Of a stretch of 64,000 nucleotides of DNA, positions 1 to 10,100 are shown piece by piece. How positions within the stretch are numbered: the first letter of the stretch is position 1; every line of letters begins with the position of its first letter. The stretch covers positions 55,770-119,769 of the forward strand of contig JAWLHR010000009.1 of NCBI GenBank assembly GCA_041690295.1, given 5' to 3'. Source of the stretch: Bdellovibrionales bacterium (GTDB lineage Bacteria > Bdellovibrionota > Bdellovibrionia > Bdellovibrionales > UBA1609). Below the pieces are notes generated by a model that saw only the letters and a program-made list of their open reading frames with translations, was not told the DNA's origin and did not search any database. A program made the position numbers and the translations under genes.

Positions 1-473
1 TTTTAAAACGCCGGGGTTTTCGCAAAGAAGATTTCGCCGAATTCCATCCCGGCGGTTCTCTGGGTCGTCGGCTCACCTTACGAGTGAAAGATGTCATGCA
101 TTCGGGCGAGGCTTTGCCTCTTGTTTCGCCGGATGAAGACATGAAAAAAGTGATTTCGCTGATGACGTCCAAGGATGTGCGAGGAGTGGCCGGAGTGGTG
201 GACGAGCAACAATCCTTGATCGGCATCATCACCGACGGCGACATCCGCCGGCGGCTTGAAAAGAGCAGCAATCCTCTTGAAGAAAAAGCCCGCGACGTCA
301 TGTCCCGCAATCCCAAAACCATCGACTGCGATGAGCTGGCGGAAAAGGCGGCGTTCCTCATGCAGCAGTTCAAAATCGACCGGTTATTCGCGATCAACCG
401 GCAAGGCGCCAACCCCAATCGGGTCGTGGGATTGATTCACTTCCAGGATTTGTTAAAGGCCGGAATCCGTTAA
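1..473 (+). CDS. kdsD: Arabinose-5-phosphate isomerase, KdsD/KpsF/GutQ family (5'-truncated by window edge; end of SIS domain plus CBS pair)
   Basis: Frame from base 3 reads LKRRGFRKEDFAEFHPGGSLGRRL (the family HPGG-LG motif), followed by tandem CBS repeats (GIITDGDIRR, GLIHFQDLLKAG). Confidence 0.93.
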   Translation, partial: LKRRGFRKEDFAEFHPGGSLGRRLTLRVKDVMHSGEALPLVSPDEDMKKVISLMTSKDVRGVAGVVDEQQSLIGIITDGDIRRRLEKSSNPLEEKARDVMSRNPKTIDCDELAEKAAFLMQQFKIDRLFAINRQGANPNRVVGLIHFQDLLKAGIR

Positions 474-1141
474 GGCGGCGGCGGGATTTCTCTCGCGCAT
501 TCCTGCAGCTGGTTTGCGCGAAATCTTCGATATCTGAGCCCATTCGAGCGCAGGCGAAGCGCTTCCAACGCCAGATCCAGTTCCGCCGCGGATATGCGAT
601 TTTCCGTTAAATCGGCCTCGAGTCTTCTAAGCTCTTCAAAAATGGCTTTTTCTTCTCGATCAATCCGCTCCAGTTCCTTCTTGGCCAGGGCCAAGGCGTC
701 CGCCCGGGCATCGATACTTGAAGTGGCTTGTTCACAAGTCGGAAGGTCGATGGGTGCCGAAATCCCTTCACTTGAATCCGCGATCCGCACTTCGGCCGAA
801 TGGTGATTGCAAATCCGGTGAATACTTTCGGCTCTGAGGTGCACGAGAATTCCCACGGTGGTGTCGAGAGCTCTGCAGGTAAAATCCCGTTCGTGCCTTT
901 TTTTAAAATCGCGGCAACGGCTGATGAGTTCCGTGCGGAGTGATCGGCAAAGGGTCACATCGCCGAGGCGACAGCCCACCTCGAGGAATCGGGCGTACTT
1001 TTCCACGGTCGTGAAGGAATCAAGAAAGGTGGCCGTGCACTCGCCGAATTCGTTCCGGCTCGGCGTGGGTTCGGACATCGCCATGGTGAGACTGGGCCAC
1101 TTGTCGGGAATCGAGTCGAAAAGGGCGGCTTGGCCGGTCAA
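470..1141 (-). CDS. Hypothetical protein with C-terminal coiled coil; true start may be ATG 1181 across a 1-nt frameshift
   Basis: 223-aa ORF filling the gap convergent on kdsD; C-terminal heptad-like E/L/R-rich helix; no family recognised. Confidence 0.5.
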   Translation of the reverse strand: MTGQAALFDSIPDKWPSLTMAMSEPTPSRNEFGECTATFLDSFTTVEKYARFLEVGCRLGDVTLCRSLRTELISRCRDFKKRHERDFTCRALDTTVGILVHLRAESIHRICNHHSAEVRIADSSEGISAPIDLPTCEQATSSIDARADALALAKKELERIDREEKAIFEELRRLEADLTENRISAAELDLALEALRLRSNGLRYRRFRANQLQECAREIPPPP

Positions 1142-1432
1142 CGAGTGAAAAGGTATTAAAAAACAAAACCAGTGGAATCATGTGAGTTCGCTCTATCACC
1201 GAGGCGGACGGCGTTCAATGCTCGGAGGGGCTTTTAGGCAAAATTTGCAGTTAATAGGGCGCCTCACGGGCCATCCTGGAATGGATCTTGCGATGGCACC
1301 GGCGTGAAAGTTCGTTAGATATGTTGGTTGGCCGTTAGGCGACGAAACTGGGCGGTTTGTATGCCGATTAGACATTGGTTCATAGTCGCGTTGGTTGTGG
1401 TCCTAGTGATTTCCTTCGGGTGGCCATAAGCC

Positions 1433-2716
1433 ATGCGATTGATTTGTACGTTGGTTCTTTTCTTCGCGATTCCCCTCGCGCAAGGCACCTTTAAGCCCGT
1501 GCACGAGGCCGATTTCTGGGCCGAAACCCGTTTGGACCTCGAATACGCCAGACGTTTCATCACCAATAAAACCTGCCGATCGAGCGAAAAGTGGACAGCG
1601 GGCTGTTTAAAGGCCATCCGTGCCGGCTTGAAATTCATCAAAGGTGACACCTCAACTCTTGAACGAAAGCTGACCCGCGAGGCGGCGCGGACCGACTTCG
1701 ATTCCTGGCTGCGTTTGATCAACCGGTCCCCACTGACCACCTATAAAGCTATGGTTTGGGGTTCGATGGTGAACAAGGTTTTACAAGCCTTCGATTCCCA
1801 TGCCCGAATCATTCCCGTTGAACTCTTTCAAAATACCTTGGGACCCGAACGTAAAACCGTGGTGGAGCTGCCCGCCGTCTCATCGGAACTGATCGCCCAC
1901 GAGGGTTCTAAAATCGGTGTTCTCACCATCACGGTCTTTCGCGAGCGTGTCTGTGAACTGGCGGAAATCGAACTGAGAAGGCTCATGGCTTCCAATCCCG
2001 GTGCTTTGATTCTGGATCTGCGGTCGAATCCCGGCGGCATGGTGGATGAGGCCATTTGTCTCGCGCGCGTATTTGTGGGTCCGCAAAAGGTGGCGCACAA
2101 AGTGTTTTTTGGGGTTTCACCGTTTCCCAAAGAAATGGACCTTGAGCCGAGGCTTAGCGTGGACATGGAGGCCTTGGGAAACCGGTTGCAACCGTCACTC
2201 TATATAAGTGAGACGCCCATTGTGGTTTTGATCGACCCGCGCACGGCGAGCGCCGCGGAAATGTTCACGGCGGCTCTTCAGGATTTCGACCGGGCCTGGA
2301 TCGCCGGAGAAATCAGTAGCGGTAAAGGGGTCTTCCAAATCGTGCAGCTTCTTGAGTTCAAACCTGACCTTGTCCTGATTCATTCCGCGTTCGAAGTTCT
2401 GCGACCGAGTGGATCGTCGATTCACGTCCAGGGCGTTCAACCGAACTTCGAAGTGCTCACCCGCGCGCATGGCGAAAAACGTGAAATCGAGTTGTACCCG
2501 AACACGCCTTCGCCACGCCATCCGCTGGTATGGCAGGAAACCCGGCCGCTCGAGCGGGATCGGTTGGTGGGCTGTGTTCAAGGATCTCCGAAGATCGTGC
2601 GCATCGATGCGGATTCGCCGCTCGCTTTCGCCACCACACTCGCCGGGTGTGCGATCAAGCAATCGAAACATAAGATTTCCGCCGAATCGACTCATCTCGA
2701 CTCAGGACCGGATTGA
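1433..2716 (+). CDS. S41 family C-terminal processing protease (CtpA/Prc-like), secreted, lacking PDZ domain
   Basis: Signal peptide; LILDLRSNPGG, TASAAE (catalytic Ser), GKGVFQ (catalytic Lys) and GVQPN motifs. Confidence 0.85.
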   Translation: MRLICTLVLFFAIPLAQGTFKPVHEADFWAETRLDLEYARRFITNKTCRSSEKWTAGCLKAIRAGLKFIKGDTSTLERKLTREAARTDFDSWLRLINRSPLTTYKAMVWGSMVNKVLQAFDSHARIIPVELFQNTLGPERKTVVELPAVSSELIAHEGSKIGVLTITVFRERVCELAEIELRRLMASNPGALILDLRSNPGGMVDEAICLARVFVGPQKVAHKVFFGVSPFPKEMDLEPRLSVDMEALGNRLQPSLYISETPIVVLIDPRTASAAEMFTAALQDFDRAWIAGEISSGKGVFQIVQLLEFKPDLVLIHSAFEVLRPSGSSIHVQGVQPNFEVLTRAHGEKREIELYPNTPSPRHPLVWQETRPLERDRLVGCVQGSPKIVRIDADSPLAFATTLAGCAIKQSKHKISAESTHLDSGPD

Positions 2717-2763
2717 TAATTGCCCGAATATACAACCTGATCGAATCTCCGTAAGATCAGGGC

Positions 2764-3510
2764 ATGAACAACAAACTACTGCTGGGATTGCTTTGCTTCT
2801 CGTTAATCAGTGTGGTCGTTCGGGCGAATGAAATCGAGGTACCTGAAGAGGAATTGGCGCGCGAAACGACCCTTCCCATTTTCGATAAACGGCAAATCGT
2901 ACTGAATCGCAACGTGGTGACTGAGCAACGGTTTGAAATCGGCGGTGGTTTCGGTCTGGAAATGAATGAGCCCTATTACAACGACTATATGTTCAACCTT
3001 CAGGGAACGTACAACCTGAGCGATCGCAGCGCGATCAATGTTCTCCTGTTGTTCTGGATGGATGGATTATCCAATTACGGTGAGCAGTTAAAAGCCGGTC
3101 GTCCGACCGCCACTCCGCCGGTGCAATCGTTCGATGCGATGAAAGCGCCCCATCCCAAGTGGGGTATGTTCGCGAACTATGAATTCATCGCCTATTACGG
3201 GAAGATTTCGATCAGTAAGCTGGGCGTGATGAATCTGAACACGTTCGGCATCGCGGGGCTTGGGTACATCAATATGGACTCGCTCAGCTCTCCCGCGCTC
3301 AATTTAGGCGTGGGGCAGAACTTCTTTTTCACCAAGAACTTCGGATTGCGCTTCGATTTGCGTTACCTGATCTTTCAGGGACCGGACGCCACATCCAAGC
3401 CACTTCGTAGTGTTGGAACCACCATCGATCCGACACCGGATCCGAATTCCTTTGACGAGAGAATTCACTACAACGGCCAGATCAGCTTGTCCGCGATCTT
3501 TCTTCTGTAA
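2764..3510 (+). CDS. Outer-membrane beta-barrel protein, gliding GltA/GltB-like
   Basis: Signal peptide; alternating aromatic beta-strands; YYGKIS motif; GLRFDLRYLIF; first gene of the gliding cluster. Confidence 0.75.
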   Translation: MNNKLLLGLLCFSLISVVVRANEIEVPEEELARETTLPIFDKRQIVLNRNVVTEQRFEIGGGFGLEMNEPYYNDYMFNLQGTYNLSDRSAINVLLLFWMDGLSNYGEQLKAGRPTATPPVQSFDAMKAPHPKWGMFANYEFIAYYGKISISKLGVMNLNTFGIAGLGYINMDSLSSPALNLGVGQNFFFTKNFGLRFDLRYLIFQGPDATSKPLRSVGTTIDPTPDPNSFDERIHYNGQISLSAIFLL

Positions 3511-3615
3511 CCATAAGCGCGCATAGGCTTGGGTCCAGATTACTTCCATATATATTCATTTTGAAAATTTGATTCTGTATCCTTAATTCAGGGAAATCAC
3601 CAGTTTGGAGTAGCC

Positions 3616-4434
3616 GTGCTGTCATATCATCTAAGAGTTTCACTCCTTGTCGGCTTTCTATGCTTCACGGGATGGGTTCAAGCTCAGGATTTGGAAGACG
3701 ATGGTCCGAGCGGCGCCAATTCCATCGAAAAGGAAATTGAGTCACTTTACGATCGTGATGAGCGAACTCAATCGACCCGCTCGGCGCCCAAAAGAAGTAA
3801 AAAAGCGGCCAAAGAAGTGGACACTCTGTCCGATCTGGCGACGCTGGCGCCGTTCAGCGACGTCGCGGTTATTCAAAGACGGTTTCTCCCCAAAACCAAT
3901 CGCTTCGAATTGTCCGGTTCCCTATTCTCCAATCTGAACAATCCCTTCTTCAATGCCCTGGGCGGAAGCGCGAGGGTGGCCTATTACATCCGCGAGAAAT
4001 ACGCGCTTGAAGGTCTCGCGTTGTTCGCTTCGACCAGCACGCGCCAGGTGACCGATGACCTTGAAGCCAACCGCGGGATCAAGACGGATAACGTGATCAC
4101 ATCGAAGAACTACATGGGACTCGCCCTGAAGTGGAACCCCATTTACGGTAAAATCACCTGGTTGAACAAATCCATCGTGCCCTTCGATTTGAACTTTTCA
4201 ATCGGAGGCGGAATGACCCAAACCACTCAAAACGACAGCGCGCCCACTTTGCATCTTGGGACGAGCCAGGTTTTCGCCTGGACGAAGTCCATGGCGTTTC
4301 GCTGGGACTTGATCTGGAACATGTACAGCGCGGAAGCGACTCAGGATAACGGGACCAAGGAGAAGTTAAATCAAAATGACTTGTTCCTGGGCGTGGGGAT
4401 GAGTTTCTACTTTCCAGAGGCGACATACCGATGA
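3616..4434 (+). CDS. Outer-membrane beta-barrel protein, gliding GltA/GltB-like
   Basis: Signal peptide; VIQRRFLPKTNRFEL, WNPIYGKI and C-terminal GMSFYFP typical of Myxococcota/Bdellovibrionota Glt barrels. Confidence 0.8.
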   Translation: MLSYHLRVSLLVGFLCFTGWVQAQDLEDDGPSGANSIEKEIESLYDRDERTQSTRSAPKRSKKAAKEVDTLSDLATLAPFSDVAVIQRRFLPKTNRFELSGSLFSNLNNPFFNALGGSARVAYYIREKYALEGLALFASTSTRQVTDDLEANRGIKTDNVITSKNYMGLALKWNPIYGKITWLNKSIVPFDLNFSIGGGMTQTTQNDSAPTLHLGTSQVFAWTKSMAFRWDLIWNMYSAEATQDNGTKEKLNQNDLFLGVGMSFYFPEATYR

Positions 4435-5975
4435 AGAGTTTAATCACGATCACATTGATTTTCTGCCTACTTCCGATGTCCGCGGACGCCCAAAAAAAGC
4501 GTGGCGCGAGGTTGAACCTGGCCAGCGAACGTGATCTCGCCGATGCTTTAACCCTGGCCAAAGCCGGAAAGTACGTCGAAGCTTCACAACGATTGTTTCA
4601 GCTCAGTTATTCGCCCCGCTACCGCAACCGGCGGATGCAGATCAAATACATACTCGGGCTGGCCCTTCACCAGATGAAACTGAACCAGGTCTCGGCGTTT
4701 CAATTCATCGGCGTGGTGAAGGAAGGCAATAACCGCTACATCAAACAAAGCTTGGAGCGGCTGTCTCTTGCGGCCGACGCTCTGGGCGACGACACGCTTT
4801 TGAATTACGCCATTTCACGGGTCAATGTCGATGAGTTCCCGCGCGCCCACCGGGACATGTTGCACTTCCGGATCGGCGAATTTCAGATGAGAAACCGGCA
4901 GTACTTGCAAGCCGCGGAAAGTTTCAACCGGGTGGCGCGAAACCACAGCCTTTACAGTCTCGCCCGTTACAATCAGGGCTTGGCCCTGGCTGAAGCGGGT
5001 CAGGCCGACCGGGCTTTGGCCGTGTTCGAAGAGTTGATCCGCGCGCGCGCCAACGCGGGAGTCACCGATCGGGCCCGTGTCGCCGGAATCATGGGTAAAG
5101 CGCGGGTTCTCTATCAGCGCAAATCTTGGGATGCGGCGATTGAGGCTTATCGCAGCGTGCCCCGTGATTCCGAGTTCTGGCATGACACTTTATTTGAATC
5201 CAGTTGGGCCATGCTTCGTTCAGGACGGTTCCGTTCGGCGATCAGTAATTTCCAGTCGCTTCACTCGGCCTTCTATGAGGACCATTATCTCCCCGAGTCT
5301 TTGCTCCTGAGATCGATCGTCTATCTTTATATTTGTAAGTACGACGAGATGGATAAGGTCTTGAACCTGTTCCAGCGGATCTACAAGCCCGTTTACGACC
5401 AGATTGATAAATTGATCGATAACGTACGCTATCCCGAGCGCTACTTCACGATGATGAACGATATGATGAGGATGAACAAAGAGGGCCGGCGCAAGAATAT
5501 GAGCACGCCGATGCCTTATCTGGTGGCGCAGAAAATCGCCCGTGAACCGGATTTCCAGAACACCTTCCAGTACATCCGCAAGCTCATTGAAGAGCGTAAG
5601 CGCATCGACACCCTGCCCGCGTCCTGGCAGAACGCGAGCATCGGAAATTACGCCAAGAAAGTGCTCAACACGCGCTTGAAAAAAGCGAAGCAAAAAGCGG
5701 GTAAGATCGTTCGCAATCACCTCTTGAACATCAAGGAAGAGTTGATCGACTTGATTGAGCAGGAAGGATTCGCCCGCTACGAAATGATCAACGGCCGTAA
5801 AGAAAGTTTGAAAAAGCGAATCGCCGGTAAAGATCTGCCTCAGCAAACCGTCGATGAAAGCCGTAAGCGGGACTTTTACATTCAAAATGGTTACGAGTAC
5901 TGGCCGTTTAGCGGTGAGTACTGGTTGGATGAGTTAGGAAACTATCATTATGTCGGCACGCAAAGTTGTAATTAG
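4431..5975 (+). CDS. TPR protein, gliding GltC-like
   Basis: Signal peptide; TPRs; C-terminal YEYWPFSGEYWLDELGNY motif characteristic of GltC-like proteins; ATGA overlap with upstream barrel gene. Confidence 0.8.
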   Translation: MKSLITITLIFCLLPMSADAQKKRGARLNLASERDLADALTLAKAGKYVEASQRLFQLSYSPRYRNRRMQIKYILGLALHQMKLNQVSAFQFIGVVKEGNNRYIKQSLERLSLAADALGDDTLLNYAISRVNVDEFPRAHRDMLHFRIGEFQMRNRQYLQAAESFNRVARNHSLYSLARYNQGLALAEAGQADRALAVFEELIRARANAGVTDRARVAGIMGKARVLYQRKSWDAAIEAYRSVPRDSEFWHDTLFESSWAMLRSGRFRSAISNFQSLHSAFYEDHYLPESLLLRSIVYLYICKYDEMDKVLNLFQRIYKPVYDQIDKLIDNVRYPERYFTMMNDMMRMNKEGRRKNMSTPMPYLVAQKIAREPDFQNTFQYIRKLIEERKRIDTLPASWQNASIGNYAKKVLNTRLKKAKQKAGKIVRNHLLNIKEELIDLIEQEGFARYEMINGRKESLKKRIAGKDLPQQTVDESRKRDFYIQNGYEYWPFSGEYWLDELGNYHYVGTQSCN

Positions 5976-8900
5976 TTTTTTTCTCTTCGTTGTATTCGCC
6001 GCCGCCGGAGCGCACGCACAAGAAAAGCGAAGCCGGAAAACTGTCGGTGATCTTCTAAAGCGGATCGAAAAAAACGCCAAAGCGGTTAAATTTTCCAAAG
6101 GTAAGACGGCCCTGCCTCAATTCAGCAAGGTCCAGGCGGCGCCGGTTCGCCGGGTCGATCTATACCAGGTGAAGCCGCCGTCCCGGTCGCGCCTTTATTA
6201 TGAAGAGGGAACCAACGAGGCCGAGCTTGAAAAAGTCACGGACCAGGGGATCAAGCAGCTTTATAAACTCACGCAGCAGTTTAAAACCAGTAAAAGGCGC
6301 GGAGAACTTTGGCTCCGCTTGGCCGAGCTTTACGTCGAAAAAGCGCGTCTGATTGAGTACCGATTACAGCAAAAGTACGACGAACAGGTACAGGCCTATC
6401 AAGCCAAGAAGACCAAAGTTCGTCCCAAGCTCAATTTGAAGGAGTCCCAGGATTACAACCGGCGCGCGGTTCAACTTTATGAATGGTTTTTGCGGGATTT
6501 CCCCAAAGATCCCAAAGTCGACCAGGCGTTGTTCTTCCTCGGCTACAACTACTTCGAGCTGAATCAACCGGAACGCGGAAAAGAATATTACACGCGTTTG
6601 ACCAAGGAGTTCCCGCGCAGCAGTTATATCGAAGAGTCCAACTTCGCGCTGGGTGAGTATTATTTCGAGCGCGAGCAATGGAAGGAAGCGCTCAAGCATT
6701 ACGCGGCGGTGGCCGCCAATAAGCGCGCCCGCCTTTATTCTTTCGCCCTTTATAAGACCGCTTGGTGCCAATACAAAACGGGCGCGGTGAAACAGGCGCT
6801 TGGTTCTTTGGAACGCGTGATCCGCGCGGGTCGAGTGGCCAAAGGACAACAGGATAGCTCGGCGGGCGGCGTGAGCCGGATCCGCCTGGCGACGGAAGCG
6901 CAAAAAGATTTGGTGGTGTTTTACGCCGAGGCCGGAACGGCGAGGGGCGCGCGAAGCTACTTTGAAGAAATCGCGGGCGCCAAAGCCACGTTCGGATTGC
7001 TCGAACGCTTGGCTTATTACTACGCGGACACCGGAAACCGGGAAGGCGCGCGCCTGATCTTTCGTGACCTGATCGCGGAGCGGCCAAACGCGCCCAAGGC
7101 CTACGATTATCAATATCAGATCGTGACGATGTACACGTCCACGGACAAACCTGAAGTGTTTCGCGCGGAGTTGTACAGCTGGATTCAAAATTACTCTCCG
7201 GGAAGCGATTGGGCGCGGGCGAATGCCAAGGATAAGGAACTTGTCACGCGGGCTTACCAGTTGATTGAGACGACGTTGCGCAATCATATTCTCCAGCAGC
7301 ACCAGACCGCCCAGAACTCGCGCGTTCCGGCGGCGCAAAAGGCGGCCAAGCAGGGGTACGAACTTTATTTCCAAACGGTTAAAGAAGGGCAAAAACTGGA
7401 TGAAATGCACTTCTTCTTCGCCGAACTCTTGTTCGACATGAAGGAGTACGGTCCCGCGATGGCCCATTACAATTGGGTCGTGGAGAACGCGCCCAACTCG
7501 CAGTACTTCGAAAAATCCTCACTGAACACGGTTTTGGCGGCCGAAAAAGGTCTCCCTCAGGAAGCCGACCTCAAAAAGATGGTGGGCGACAGTTTGGAAC
7601 CCTTTCCCTTCGACAAAAACGTGAAGAACTTCCAGATCGCGGCCGAACGCTACATGAAGAACTTCCCGAAAGGCGAATCGGTTCCGGCCATGAAATTCAA
7701 GCTCGGAACTTTGTACTACTATCACAACCAGTTCGGTCCGGCGCTGGAGACGTTTAGGGCGATCACCAAGGATTACCCGAAATCCCAGTACGCGAAGTAC
7801 TCAGCCAACCTGATTCTCGACGTTTTCAATTTGACCAAGGACTTCAAAGGTCTTGAACAGGCGGGTCAGGAAATTCTGGCCAATCCGGATTTGGCCCAGG
7901 GTGAGATCGCCGAACAGGTCCGCGGCGTCTTGCAGCGGGCGGGATTCAAAAAAGGTCAGGACTTGGAAGCCGCCAAGGATTATCAGGGCGCGGCTCTGGC
8001 CTACGAGGAATTCGCCAAGAAGAACGCGGGTAGCGACCTGGCGATCTCCGCCTCGTACAACGCCGCCGTGAATTTCGAGCGCGCGGGCGATCTCTTCAAG
8101 GCGATCGGAATGTACGCCATCGTCCTGGCGGATCGTAATCCGAAGAATGAAAAGCTTCGAACCAGTTCGAGCCAGTTCATCGCCGCGCTTTACGAAAAGA
8201 CCGGACAATACAAAAAGGCCGCCGAAGCGTTTGAAAATTACGCGGCCAAGAATCCCAAAGCGCCCGAGTCCGTCACGTTCAGTTACAACGCCGCGATCAT
8301 CCGCGACGGTATGAACGCTTACGGTCAGGCGATCGCGAATTACCAGAGATTTCTGGATCGCAAAAAAGGGCCCGAGCGTTGGGACGCGGTGTTTTTGATG
8401 GCGCAAATGCAGGAGCGGCGTGGAAATATCACCAAAGCGCAGGAACTCTATAAGCAGTATCTGAACGCCGGTCCGAACAATCCGTCGAATTTGATCGAGG
8501 CCGCTCATGCCATCGCGAAGATCGACGCGAGAAAAGGCCGCAAAGCCGAAGCGGAAAAAGGTTATCGCCGTGTCATCTCTCTGCAAAAGAAACTGTCGAC
8601 CAAGGAAAATCCCGTGGGCGCCAGCGCCGCGGCGGAATGTAAATACATTCTGGTTTCAAAAACCTTCGATGAACTGCGGGCCATCCGGATTCCCACGAAT
8701 CCGAAAAACCAGCAGGCGGCCGTACAGAAAAAGCTCGCCTTGCTGAATCGCTTGAAGGATCAGCTGAAAGAAGTCATTCAATACGATGATGGTCCGATGA
8801 TCGTGAACTCGCTGGCCTTGATCGGTCAAGCCTACCAGCACATGGCCGCGGCCATCTATGCCGTGCCGGTTCCCAAGGGTCTCGACGCCGAAGGCTTGAA

Positions 8901-9804
8901 ACAGTACAAAGCCGGCGTGGATCAGATCGCGATGCCGTTCCAGGAAGAAGCGATCAAGAACTACGAAGCCGCCATCGAGAAGGGCTACAGTCTCGAAGGT
9001 TACGGCGAAGGCTTGAAGATCGCCCAACGCGAACTCAATCGGTTGGCCAAGGACAAGTATCCTGACTACGGCGAGCGCGCGTACATCACTAAGATCACCG
9101 ATTACCTCGGGCTCACCGAGGAAAAGGATCTCGCGCCTCACTTCCAGGCCAAGGATGAACGCGGATTGGTTGAGGCGGTGTCCAAGCGCCTTGGCAAGGA
9201 CCAGAACGATCTGATGGCATTGAACGCTCTCGGGGTTTTCTATTACGAGCAGGGCAAATACGGATTGGCGCGGATTCTTTTCGCTCGCGCGCAGAAAGCC
9301 CATCCGAACGAGCCGGCCATCTATAATAATCAGGCGGTGATCCATCTCGCCGAGGGCAAATTGCGTCCGGCGATTCTCGCGCTGAGAAAAGCGGTCGAGT
9401 TGAAATCCAGTTACATGGTGGGCATGGCCAATCTCGGTTCCATCTTCGTGGAATATAAAGACTACGGCCGCGCCGCTGACATGTTGGAAGCCGGCTACCG
9501 GGCGGTGAGATCCGACCTTCGTCGAGGCGGCGTCGGTCTGGAAGTGGCCAACAACTACGCGCTCGCTTTAATGGGTAGCGGTGAAGAAAAAAAGGCCAAA
9601 GGTATTTTCCAGGACATACTTAAGGCTGATAATGGCAATGTGAACGCGCTGTTGAACTATTCGATTCTGCTGATTCACCGGTTGAAAGATAAAAAAGAGG
9701 GTGAAAAGCAGCTTAATCGCCTGCGGTTCATCGGCGAGGACGGCGACCGGAGGATTCGTAAGGCGATCGAGGACATGGACAAAGCTCTAGCTGAGAATAA
9801 CTAG
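5950..9804 (+). CDS. Large TPR gliding protein GltD/AgmU-like with C-terminal GltE/AglT-like TPR region
   Basis: 1284 aa; signal peptide; LWLRLAELYVEKAR, DQALFFLG and YKTAWCQY TPR motifs of AgmU-like proteins; position in cluster. Confidence 0.82.
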   Translation: MSARKVVISFFLFVVFAAAGAHAQEKRSRKTVGDLLKRIEKNAKAVKFSKGKTALPQFSKVQAAPVRRVDLYQVKPPSRSRLYYEEGTNEAELEKVTDQGIKQLYKLTQQFKTSKRRGELWLRLAELYVEKARLIEYRLQQKYDEQVQAYQAKKTKVRPKLNLKESQDYNRRAVQLYEWFLRDFPKDPKVDQALFFLGYNYFELNQPERGKEYYTRLTKEFPRSSYIEESNFALGEYYFEREQWKEALKHYAAVAANKRARLYSFALYKTAWCQYKTGAVKQALGSLERVIRAGRVAKGQQDSSAGGVSRIRLATEAQKDLVVFYAEAGTARGARSYFEEIAGAKATFGLLERLAYYYADTGNREGARLIFRDLIAERPNAPKAYDYQYQIVTMYTSTDKPEVFRAELYSWIQNYSPGSDWARANAKDKELVTRAYQLIETTLRNHILQQHQTAQNSRVPAAQKAAKQGYELYFQTVKEGQKLDEMHFFFAELLFDMKEYGPAMAHYNWVVENAPNSQYFEKSSLNTVLAAEKGLPQEADLKKMVGDSLEPFPFDKNVKNFQIAAERYMKNFPKGESVPAMKFKLGTLYYYHNQFGPALETFRAITKDYPKSQYAKYSANLILDVFNLTKDFKGLEQAGQEILANPDLAQGEIAEQVRGVLQRAGFKKGQDLEAAKDYQGAALAYEEFAKKNAGSDLAISASYNAAVNFERAGDLFKAIGMYAIVLADRNPKNEKLRTSSSQFIAALYEKTGQYKKAAEAFENYAAKNPKAPESVTFSYNAAIIRDGMNAYGQAIANYQRFLDRKKGPERWDAVFLMAQMQERRGNITKAQELYKQYLNAGPNNPSNLIEAAHAIAKIDARKGRKAEAEKGYRRVISLQKKLSTKENPVGASAAAECKYILVSKTFDELRAIRIPTNPKNQQAAVQKKLALLNRLKDQLKEVIQYDDGPMIVNSLALIGQAYQHMAAAIYAVPVPKGLDAEGLKQYKAGVDQIAMPFQEEAIKNYEAAIEKGYSLEGYGEGLKIAQRELNRLAKDKYPDYGERAYITKITDYLGLTEEKDLAPHFQAKDERGLVEAVSKRLGKDQNDLMALNALGVFYYEQGKYGLARILFARAQKAHPNEPAIYNNQAVIHLAEGKLRPAILALRKAVELKSSYMVGMANLGSIFVEYKDYGRAADMLEAGYRAVRSDLRRGGVGLEVANNYALALMGSGEEKKAKGIFQDILKADNGNVNALLNYSILLIHRLKDKKEGEKQLNRLRFIGEDGDRRIRKAIEDMDKALAENN

Positions 9805-9823
9805 ACCATAATGGAGACTTGCC

Positions 9824-10099
9824 GTGCGTGTAAAGACAGCTAAACTAATATCAACCGTGGTGATCTTCGGTGGATTCTGGGTGATCGCGCCGATGGCTTT
9901 CGCGCAATCCGGCGGAAAAAAAGAAACCCGAATCGATTTTGAAGACGAGCTGGTTGAGGGTGAATTGAAAAAACCGGAGTTGTTTTATCTGTTGCAGAAG
10001 AAGCAATTCAACTTCAAACGCTTGATCAAATTGCGCGAAGATTTTTTGCCGGAAATGAGAAGAGACGCTGACGAGGTCCGCAGGAGCAGGAGTAAGTAA
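9824..10099 (+). CDS. Small secreted gliding protein, GltF/CglF-like
   Basis: 91 aa with signal peptide and IDFEDELVEGELKKPE...FKRLIKLREDFLPEM motif; lies between gltD- and gltG-like genes. Confidence 0.75.
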   Translation: MRVKTAKLISTVVIFGGFWVIAPMAFAQSGGKKETRIDFEDELVEGELKKPELFYLLQKKQFNFKRLIKLREDFLPEMRRDADEVRRSRSK

Positions 10100-10100
10100 C

